A stretch of 64,000 nt of DNA, taken from the NCBI GenBank assembly GCA_963782915.1, contig CAWALK010000012.1:160001-224000 (forward strand), read 5' to 3'. Below the pieces are notes generated by a model that did no database searches, had not been told where the DNA came from, and saw nothing but the letters and a program-made list of their open reading frames with translations. The stretch is from an uncultured archaeon (GTDB taxonomy: Archaea; Thermoproteota; Bathyarchaeia; Bathyarchaeales; Bathycorpusculaceae). The position numbers and the translations under genes were made by a program. Below, in pieces: positions 31,035-39,035 of this stretch; within the stretch, counting starts at the first letter, position 1; every line of letters begins with the position of its first letter.

Positions 31035-31825
31035 TGTCATCACTAATAACTAAAGTAAAAATAAAGCAAATTGAGCAGCTTCTAGAAAAAGGCTCACGCC
31101 TTGACGAAAGAGGCTTACTTGATACCCGCGAAATCAAAATCGAACAAGGCGTCATCGAAAAAGCAGAAGGCTCAGCCCGTGTTTTCCTCGGTAAAACCCA
31201 AGTTCTTGTCGGCGTCAAAGTCGAAACCGGAGAACCATTCCCAGACACACCAAACGACGGCGTCATGACTGTTAACGCAGAACTCGTACCACTCGCACAT
31301 CCAAGCTTTGAACCGGGACCACCAGACGAAAACAGCATCGAATTAGCCCGTGTTGTTGACAGAGGCATCAGGGAATCACATGCCATCGACACAGAAAAAC
31401 TCTGTATCGAAGCAGGCAAAAAAGTCTTCGTTGTCTTCGTCGACGTATACATCCTTAACCACGATGGAAACCTAATTGATGCAGCCGCACTCGCAGCCAT
31501 GGCAGCACTCATGAACACAAAAATGCCAAACTACGAAATAAAAGACGGCGAACTAAAAATCAAGCAAGGCTACACACCACTGCCAATGAAGAGCCACCCA
31601 ATAACAGTCACCGTAGGCAAAATCAACAACAAACTAATCGTTGACCCTTGGATTGAAGAAGAAACCGTTATGGATGCACGCATAACCTTCGCATCAAACG
31701 AGGAAGGTAACATCTGTGCCATTCAGAAGGGTATGTCTGGCTATTTCACACCGCAACAGATTTTAGATGCCTCAAAGATTGCTCTGGACAAAGCAGCAGA
31801 ACTGCGCAAGAAACTCAATTGGTGA
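31034..31825 (+). CDS. rrp42: exosome subunit Rrp42
   Basis: RLD.R, AEGSA, PFPDTP, ELARVVDR, HDGNL.DA. Confidence 0.96.
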   Translation: MSSLITKVKIKQIEQLLEKGSRLDERGLLDTREIKIEQGVIEKAEGSARVFLGKTQVLVGVKVETGEPFPDTPNDGVMTVNAELVPLAHPSFEPGPPDENSIELARVVDRGIRESHAIDTEKLCIEAGKKVFVVFVDVYILNHDGNLIDAAALAAMAALMNTKMPNYEIKDGELKIKQGYTPLPMKSHPITVTVGKINNKLIVDPWIEEETVMDARITFASNEEGNICAIQKGMSGYFTPQQILDASKIALDKAAELRKKLNW

Positions 31826-31832
31826 AAATAAG

Positions 31833-32162
31833 TTGCCTAAGATGAAGAAAGTCGGTCCAACTCGAGGTTTAGGTGTACGTTACGGTTCCACAGTTAGGAA
31901 ACGCTATATCAAAGTAATGACTGAGCTCAAAAAGCCACACAGATGTTCACAATGCGGTTTTTCACGTGTTAGACGTGTAAGCGTCGGCATTTGGAGCTGT
32001 AAAAAATGCGGTTACACCTTTGCAGGTGGAGCGTACACGCCAGTTACTAAACTCGGCACCGTTGCAAAACGTGCAGCTAAAGGCTTACAAGTTGAGGAAG
32101 AACAAGCTCCCGCAACTGGAACTGAAGCTGTTGAATCGGCAACTGAAGAAACCACCGAGTAA
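31833..32162 (+). CDS. rpl37ae: 50S ribosomal protein L37ae (eL43) with acidic C-terminal tail
   Basis: G.RYG..VRKR, CxxC...GIW.CxxC...AGGAY; TTG start after GGTGA. Confidence 0.93.
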   Translation: MPKMKKVGPTRGLGVRYGSTVRKRYIKVMTELKKPHRCSQCGFSRVRRVSVGIWSCKKCGYTFAGGAYTPVTKLGTVAKRAAKGLQVEEEQAPATGTEAVESATEETTE

Positions 32163-32233
32163 TTTTTTCTTTCCTTTTTAATTTTTGTTTAATTTTGTTT
32201 ATTACATTAGATTTCTATTGCTTAGTGGATGCT

Positions 32234-32491
32234 ATGCCAACGAAAGCTACTGCAACAATAAACCTCAAATTCACCTCTGAAAAACAAATCGATACATTAT
32301 TGAATGCATTGATGCCTGAAGCTAAAGCTCCACCAACCAGACGAGCCCGTATTCAACTGAAAAAGGCTGGTTCATTTTTAACGTTGGCGGTTGAAGCGGA
32401 GGATACGGTTGCTTTGCGGGCGACGTTGAATGCGTATTTGCGGTGGATAACTTCTACTTTAAACGTTATTGAGGTAGTCGAAAAAGCATAA
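32234..32491 (+). CDS. pcc1: KEOPS complex subunit Pcc1
   Basis: AL.PE, A.D..ALRA.LN.YLRWI; superoperon context. Confidence 0.88.
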   Translation: MPTKATATINLKFTSEKQIDTLLNALMPEAKAPPTRRARIQLKKAGSFLTLAVEAEDTVALRATLNAYLRWITSTLNVIEVVEKA

Positions 32492-32502
32492 GGGTTCTTC
32501 AG

Positions 32503-32550
32503 TTGCTCTCAGAGAGACTCCCCTCCCTTATTTATAGGCTGGACGTTTGC
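32503..32550. repeat. dispersed repeat family B copy
   Basis: CTCAGAGAGACTCCCCTCCCTTATTTATAGGCTGGAC. Confidence 0.8.
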
Positions 32551-32767
32551 AGCTAACTGCTTGCTTCGAGTTTGCATTCATTGGTCAGGGGTTACTTTGG
32601 CTAGGTGAATGTTGGGTAAATATTATTCTGGATATGCGTTTGCAGTGGCCTGGTTTGCATTAGTGCTGAAGGTTTACATTGCTCTTTGCTGATGCCTCTT
32701 TTCCCTCTTAGATGACTGGGGTAAATAGCAAGTTTTAATAAAACAAACCCCCGATACTCCAAACATA

Positions 32768-33094
32768 ATGCTCAACACCAAAACATTGTTCATCCAAAGC
32801 CTAATCCTCATAGCCGTCGGCATTACACTTCTCACTATAAATTGGGTTATTTATGTCCCAAAATTTACTGCGCTTCAACATGACCTTCTCGGATGGGCAA
32901 ACAATGCCACCCACTCCTCGCCTATGCCTTCTCTCGAAGCATACGGACTCAACTCAACAGCGATAGTAATCAGCAGTATTCTAAGTGGCAGCGGTTTTAT
33001 TCTGGTATTTCTTGGCAGTGCCTTTCTTTTGATTTTGCTGGTTGCAAGACTCCTTAAACTCAAAAATAAAAATCAAGCAGCAAAGCCACTGTAA
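32768..33094 (+). CDS. 2-TM membrane protein
   Basis: two hydrophobic segments and a basic tail. Confidence 0.6.
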   Translation: MLNTKTLFIQSLILIAVGITLLTINWVIYVPKFTALQHDLLGWANNATHSSPMPSLEAYGLNSTAIVISSILSGSGFILVFLGSAFLLILLVARLLKLKNKNQAAKPL

Positions 33095-33139
33095 GGTAAA
33101 GGCTTAAACCTATAGTCGCCAAGTTGCTAAGGAAACAGC

Positions 33140-34097
33140 ATGAAACGCACGTTATACTTGGGATTAATCGGCGCTATTTTGGCTGCAGTATTAGTGGTTG
33201 CATTTCTAATTCCTGCTCTGCCACATCGAATAAACCCTGATTCAGTTGGGATTAGCCTACATTCATTCCCAATGCAAGATGCCGAATTAGTGAAAGATAG
33301 TGGGGCACATTGGATACGTATCGACTGTAATTCCTCCCAGAGCGACTTTGGCGATTACCTCAAGAACGCAAAACAACACAATCTATCAGTGCTTGCCATT
33401 TTAGACAGCTGGATGTTCAATGGGTCTTGCCAATTTACCCTTGACGAATGGAAAAGCAAGGTTACATATTTTGTTTCCCAATATTGCGATCATGTGGATG
33501 CTTGGGAAATCTGGAATGAACCCACAAGCCCAACCTACCCACTTTTAAATTTAAACATTACGAACGAGCAATAGCCAAGAAAACATGTCTAAAATAGTAG
33601 ACTTCTACTATTCAATGGCAGAAACCGCCTATCCAATCATTCATCAGCATGATCCAAACGCAACCATCGTGCTTTTCGGAGGATTAAACCTCTACTCAGG
33701 CGGTGACCCTAACCTTGCACTCGACATGGAATTCGCAACTCGACTTGCGGCAAAGGGCATTCAGCAGTATGGCGACGCAATAGCGGTGCATGCTTACCCA
33801 TGGTCAAATGAAATGAACAGAGTTTTGAACCGCTATAATGATTCAATCTCGATTTACCGGGCTCTTTTCCCCAGCAAGGAGGTATGGGTGACAGAGACAG
33901 GGCAAAAGATTCAAGACGGCTGTACGGCGCAGATGCAAGCTGACTATTTGGTTCAAGCACTTGAATTATTTGATGGCAAGGTTGATTGTGTTTTCTGGTA
34001 TGCCCTCTACGATGATGCAACTGGCAACTTTGGGTTGATAGAAAATGGTGTCCAGCGACCAGCTTATAACTCAATGCAGAAGTCATTAAACCCTTAA
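33140..34097 (+). CDS. membrane-anchored clan GH-A glycoside hydrolase (GH5/GH39-like), frameshift near 33567
   Basis: G..WIR.D, WEIWNEP (acid/base), AVHAY, VWVTETG (nucleophile), FWY. Confidence 0.8.
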
Positions 34098-34135
34098 TTC
34101 GCCCTAGTACAAATCAAAGCTTTGGTAAAGCCTTA

Positions 34136-34188
34136 CTACCTACCTCAGAGAGACCTCCCCCTCCCTTTTATAAAGCCGCAGACGAACC
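34136..34188. repeat. dispersed repeat family B copy
   Basis: CTACCTACCTCAGAGAGACCTCCCCCTCCTTTTTATAAAGCC, compare 5768-5810. Confidence 0.8.
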
Positions 34189-34241
34189 AACTTTTAGTTC
34201 TCTCTCATTGTCCCTAAAAAAAGGCTTTAACTAAACCCAAG

Positions 34242-34571
34242 TTAATGTAAGAAAACAGTTTGAGTGTTTCCCACTTCGGGTTCAGTTATGATCTGTTGAG
34301 GTATAAACCGCTTGTATAGATAAAGTGTTGAAAACAAAATTATCATTCCTGCAGCAAATATTGGTATTCCTTGGAATAAATATGGTTTAGAACCAGTCAC
34401 GTGAAGCCCTTCAGGGGTTATAAAGTTCTGTTTTTCAAAGTAGTATATCATGAATTGTCCGATTGCTATCAAAATTAACCCAAGAACATTCAATAATATT
34501 TCTAAGCCTGTTATTCTTTTAGTTCTTATATCACTTTTAAAATGAACTTCGCGAGCCCTAAACTGCATCAA
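34242..34571 (-). CDS. hypothetical 2-TM membrane protein
   Basis: two TM segments; start uncertain. Confidence 0.5.
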   Translation of the reverse strand: MMQFRAREVHFKSDIRTKRITGLEILLNVLGLILIAIGQFMIYYFEKQNFITPEGLHVTGSKPYLFQGIPIFAAGMIILFSTLYLYKRFIPQQIITEPEVGNTQTVFLH

Positions 34572-34809
34572 TCCCCATATAAGAGCGCCGCCTAAAATAG
34601 TCTAAATACTATGGCTGAAAATGCCCAGTCGAATCCTGAATAAATATCGAAGGTTTGTCTGTAGACATATACTTGTGTAATTACGAAAGTTAAACCTAAT
34701 ATCCCAAAATTAATTAGATTTATACTGTTGACTAATTCCTTTGTTTTCAAGTCCACGTATTTCGCAACCAAGCGTTAAAAGGTTCTTTGTTAAACGTTTT
34801 ATAATTTTG

Positions 34810-35262
34810 CTATAAGTTGCCTCTTCGCCAAGTCTTAACTGTCTCAAAACAAAAGAAAAACACAAAAACCGCCGTTGCCACCAAAGAGAAAACGTATTCC
34901 CTATAGAAAACATTGGGCTTCAACACCGTTAACTCCAGCATCAAAACAGCGATTGCAAAAACCGAATAAAAGAAGTACCTCGGAATCAAGAAACGGCTGA
35001 TTTTTATGCTGTTCTCCAGCAGATACTTGCTAACCAAAAATCCGCCTGCTTCCCTTTTCAGCAGCCCCGCATCCTCGAGCTTAGCCAAATGATAAGTGGC
35101 GACTGAAGAACTGCTCAAATCCAGCGCTCTCTGCAACTCCCGAGTGCCCACTGGTTTGCTGCTTTTGAGCAGGAAACGGTAAACTTCCAAAGTGGTTCCC
35201 TTGAGCACTTCTTTGGATTCATCGGCAGCTACAGAGCTCATATTCCCATGAATATACTTCAA
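34810..35262 (-). CDS. membrane-anchored wHTH regulator
   Basis: LKGTTL.VY..LL, G.RELQR.L.LSS.S.A.YHL.KL plus 2 TM segments. Confidence 0.82.
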   Translation of the reverse strand: MKYIHGNMSSVAADESKEVLKGTTLEVYRFLLKSSKPVGTRELQRALDLSSSSVATYHLAKLEDAGLLKREAGGFLVSKYLLENSIKISRFLIPRYFFYSVFAIAVLMLELTVLKPNVFYREYVFSLVATAVFVFFFCFETVKTWRRGNL

Positions 35263-35301
35263 TGGATTTAAGAGCTATCCTTTCTTTGGGCCGCTGTGGT
35301 C

Positions 35302-35318
35302 GTTCGATTTTTAGAACA
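35302..35318. promoter_or_regulatory. candidate operator; inverted copy at 35702-35718
   Basis: GTTCGATTTTTAGAACA; its reverse complement matches TGTGCTAAAAAACGAAC at 15/17. Confidence 0.5.
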
Positions 35319-35390
35319 GTGTTTCGTAAAAATACTATTAAATAAAACCGTTGTGCCTTCATTAGGTATCATAGTCAGGTATGGAATAGT

Positions 35391-35675
35391 TTGAACCGTA
35401 AAATGCTGCTGGCGCCTGTTCTCGCGGTTGTATTGGCTTTATCGTTAGCGGGTGCCCTGAGCATGTTTCCTCAGAGTCAGCCTGAGGGGGGACATATTAC
35501 TTCCAACCCTGCACCAACTCCGCAACCCACTCATCTACCACAGCCACAGTCTGCTGCTTCTGCGGCAGATTTGTTTTTTGTTCCAGCATTAGCCATATGT
35601 GTTTTCGCTATAGTAATCGTTGCCATAGCGGTTGGGGTCCTTTTCTTCAGGGAAAAAAACCTAAAAATGGATTAG
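35391..35675 (+). CDS. small membrane protein with Pro/Thr linker
   Basis: N- and C-terminal TM segments. Confidence 0.65.
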   Translation: MNRKMLLAPVLAVVLALSLAGALSMFPQSQPEGGHITSNPAPTPQPTHLPQPQSAASAADLFFVPALAICVFAIVIVAIAVGVLFFREKNLKMD

Positions 35676-35789
35676 TTTAAGGCGAATTAACGCTATTTTG
35701 ATGTGCTAAAAAACGAACATGACGTGCTAAAGCATTGCATTAAGTACCGCTGCCACCCTGTTACAGACACCTGAGGGAGCTTGAATTAA

Positions 35790-36407
35790 GTGACAATCCT
35801 TATGCCTTCGCCGATTCCATACGTCGTTCTCTTCGTGATAATCACTGTAGTAGCTATGTCTTGTTTGGTTAAATTTTCCTCTTTGAGAAAATACCGCAAA
35901 AAAAGGAATTTGCTTGTTTACGGTGTCGTAGCCTTGTTGCTGAGCCTAACAGGTTACCAATCGGTAAACGTAGCGTATCAGGCATCCATGGGTCCAATGA
36001 TGATTACCTATGACGTAGAATTCCATCGCGCTTCGTTGTATGCGGGGCAAACCAGCCAATTTACTGTGTCTTGTGAGGTTCTTGGACGGCGGGAGACGAG
36101 TTTCTATTTAGTGCTAAACGGCGAAAACGCCTCTCTAACCGCTGACACCCAAGAATATGTTCAGATGAACGATACCGCAATCAAAATACTCTTCACCCTA
36201 AACAGCCCACATCAGGAGGTAACCAAGATAGTGCACTTTAAAATAAACGAAAACGTCACCAGCTGCCGAATCCAAACTGATACAGAACCAATACAGCCCT
36301 CAAATCATGGACCTATCGTTACAGGTGCCACTGACCACATAGATTGCATCCTGAATCCAAGAACTAACAGTTTCAGCTTCACTGATTCGCCAGGACCATG
36401 TGTGTGA
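35790..36407 (+). CDS. membrane protein with extracellular domain
   Basis: 2 TM segments plus beta-rich domain. Confidence 0.6.
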   Translation: MTILMPSPIPYVVLFVIITVVAMSCLVKFSSLRKYRKKRNLLVYGVVALLLSLTGYQSVNVAYQASMGPMMITYDVEFHRASLYAGQTSQFTVSCEVLGRRETSFYLVLNGENASLTADTQEYVQMNDTAIKILFTLNSPHQEVTKIVHFKINENVTSCRIQTDTEPIQPSNHGPIVTGATDHIDCILNPRTNSFSFTDSPGPCV

Positions 36408-36412
36408 TAAAA

Positions 36413-37138
36413 ATGAACAGCAAAACCATAACCCGTTTCTCCTTCGCAATTCTGCTGGTTCTAGCCGCCTCAATGCTTGAAGTCGCCGTGGCTAACCCAC
36501 TTAGGACCCCGATGATCTCAGTTAATTCACCCATAAACAACTACGTTTATTCCACTGGTGATGTCTGGCTGCAATTCACTAACTTAGACAGGGTAGACTA
36601 CAATTTTTCCTCCTACAGTTATAGTCTTGACGGCGGGGCTGCACAACCTACAGATGGCAACACTAAATTAACCAATTTGGCAGCAGGGTCACACAAGTTG
36701 ATTATCTATGGAAACGGTACCAACAGTATGTACCCTCATTATGGTTCGCTGCTAGAAATCGTCTATTTCAACGTGAACTATTCAGAGGCATGGGTTACTT
36801 TCGCCCTGTCTTTCTTGGTGTTTATCGCGGTGGTTTCGCTTGGTTTATTTGTAAACCGAAAAAGGCTTATGGTGCGATTAAGAGGCAAGAAGAACGCTTT
36901 CTTCTGGCTTGGACTCTTTGTAGTAGTTTTTGTTTCTATATTTCTTGTGCCAATGGGTTGGAATGAACTCAATAACTATCTGTTCCCCCATGACACTCGA
37001 GGTGCAATAAGTCTCTATTTAGTTCCGTCTATTGTTGGCTTCTTAATTTTGCTCCCTGTTGGGTTTCTGTTGATGGCGCTTGGCACTATGCACATAAAAT
37101 TCCCTAAGTGGGAATCGCCACATCCAAAGAAAAAATAG
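36413..37138 (+). CDS. surface protein with Ig-like domain and 3 TM segments
   Basis: signal peptide ending ANP; SP.N..Y, YSLDG, L..GSH.L. Confidence 0.7.
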   Translation: MNSKTITRFSFAILLVLAASMLEVAVANPLRTPMISVNSPINNYVYSTGDVWLQFTNLDRVDYNFSSYSYSLDGGAAQPTDGNTKLTNLAAGSHKLIIYGNGTNSMYPHYGSLLEIVYFNVNYSEAWVTFALSFLVFIAVVSLGLFVNRKRLMVRLRGKKNAFFWLGLFVVVFVSIFLVPMGWNELNNYLFPHDTRGAISLYLVPSIVGFLILLPVGFLLMALGTMHIKFPKWESPHPKKK

Positions 37139-37144
37139 TGCCTT

Positions 37145-38326
37145 CTAAGGGTTAACTCTTGTACCGTTCCAGAAAATCAGCTCTTCATAACGGCCCTTAG
37201 CATCCGCCAATAAAGTTGGGTAGTTGCATACTATGTCAAAGCCTGCGCCCTTTTGGCGTATGAGGCTGTCCACATCGCTGTAGATGCCGCGGGTTTGGCT
37301 GTCACCGCTCCAGAGACCCCAAACAGTGTCCGATGGATTCCTAAATCCAAAGCCATAATCAGCAGGCAAAACATAAGCGGTCTTCACATTTTTGTATTCT
37401 GTATCGACGCGTCCATAACTGGAACTGTAATTCCAAAACTTATGAAGCGCAGTCAAATGATCCTGCGTTAAAATACCATACTGTGCTGAATCAACTTTGG
37501 GGTAATCAAAAACAATCGCGTATTTCGCCCCATTGTTGTAGGCCAGTAAGAGATCGTCAAATAATTCAGTGCCCGACTCAATGTAGGGTGAACCGGTAAA
37601 GTTGCTGTATGTCCAAGTTATCATGGCACCCCAATCCCTATCGAACGTTCGTGCCCCACCACGTACCAATGCGATTTGTTGTTCACGGCTGTTATTCCAA
37701 CCGAACTCCGCCAAAACTGCATCGTACCCCGCTTGATAATCAAACCAGTATAACCCATAATCAGCCGTCAAAACATCTATTCCAGCATTTTGGTAGTATT
37801 CAATCTCTGGATTTAACACATCAACATAGCGTTCTGCTGCTTGTGTGTAGCTGCTGGCGCTTTTAACTTCCTGATATTTGCTGTTATCCAGTTGGTCTCC
37901 GCCGGCTTCATCCCACCTGTAAACCGCCACGAATTTGTCACCGTACTTTTCTTTAGCATCAACAACCCATTGTGCCGGCGTGTAATTCATGCCAACCTGA
38001 ATACTGAGAAGTATTAGTGAATAACACGATGAAGTGCAGACCTGAATCAACGATGTAGTTGCAACTCTCATCCAGCAGAGTCCTGTTTATAGAAACCTCC
38101 GGCAACCCCAAGACTACTATGTTGGTGTAGTTTTTTACTTCAGTGACGACTGCTTTTAAGTCGTTAAAGTCGCCGTATGCAACTTCTACGCCTACATAGA
38201 TTTCAGATGACTTAGCAGATTCAGGGGTCCGTGTTATCATAATAGAAGTCATGATTATCGTTATTGCTACGATTGCTAGAATGGCAACTTGCTGTTTTGA
38301 TAGCTTCCTTACCTTTGACTGCATAG
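37145..38326 (-). CDS. conserved secreted/anchored hypothetical protein (frameshift near 37990)
   Basis: N-terminal TM; DE.GG.QLD, ADYGLYWFDY.AGYD, RG.A....WG..ITW, YGFGFR...D..WG.W. Confidence 0.7.
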
Positions 38327-38374
38327 TAGGGGTATATGTGTGCTGTAAAGAAAAAAGCTTTGCCAAAAGCCGAT

Positions 38375-38629
38375 TTACTTGTATTTAATTTTGAAAACCA
38401 AAATAATGACTGCTTGGATGCAAGCAAAAAAGTTCGCGAGAATAATCGGCACATGATTAGTTAACAATCCGTAGATGAACCATAGGAATACACCGGCACA
38501 GAAAAGCGAGAACATGCTTATTGAGATGTCTTTGGTTGATTTGGTTTTAACTACCCTGAGTAGCTGTGGAAAAAGCGAAACAGTCGTTATTAGGGCGGCA
38601 AGTAAGCCAAGGATTGTTATTATATCCAT
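38375..38629 (-). CDS. SemiSWEET (PQ-loop) sugar transporter
   Basis: TT.S..PQ....KTKSTKDIS, W..YG, P...AN. Confidence 0.9.
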   Translation of the reverse strand: MDIITILGLLAALITTVSLFPQLLRVVKTKSTKDISISMFSLFCAGVFLWFIYGLLTNHVPIILANFFACIQAVIILVFKIKYK

Positions 38630-38963
38630 TGGTTTTCTATGTGACCATTTGATGCTATTTCTATCTTTCTGCTTGAAGACAATTTCTGCCTTAGTCATCA
38701 ATTAATTTTTAAGTTTTTTCTTTAACGGTTGCCTATATTTTTAGGGGAAGAAAATTATGCTGAATACAATAGCTACCTAATGAACGCTAAATTTATGGGA
38801 AGAACTGATTTTAAGTTCAACTCTTTGGTTCATTCGTCCTTTTTGTTTTATTCATTGTTTGTAAGTTTGTTAAGGATATGTATGATTTGTAATTAAAAAA
38901 TTGATTTTTATCTCATAAATATGCAAAGTTATTTATAGTGATAGCTTCCATAGGCTAAAATGC

Positions 38964-39015
38964 GTTGGCAAAGGGCAACCGATTGACCAACTATTTCTGG
39001 TTACTTTTTGTCAAC
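38964..39015 (+). promoter_or_regulatory. 5'-UTR stem-loop of the PQQ-propeller gene
   Basis: GTTGGCAAAGGGCAACC pairs with GGTTACTTTTTGTCAAC (3 G-U pairs, 1 mismatch); TTTATA about 25 nt upstream. Confidence 0.65.
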
Positions 39016-39035
39016 AAAACTAGGAGAAAGAAAAA

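Noticed and set aside
33572-33574. TAG between the two GH ORFs as pyrrolysine/readthrough
   Set aside because: The downstream ORF is in a different frame; a one-base shift near 33567 joins them.
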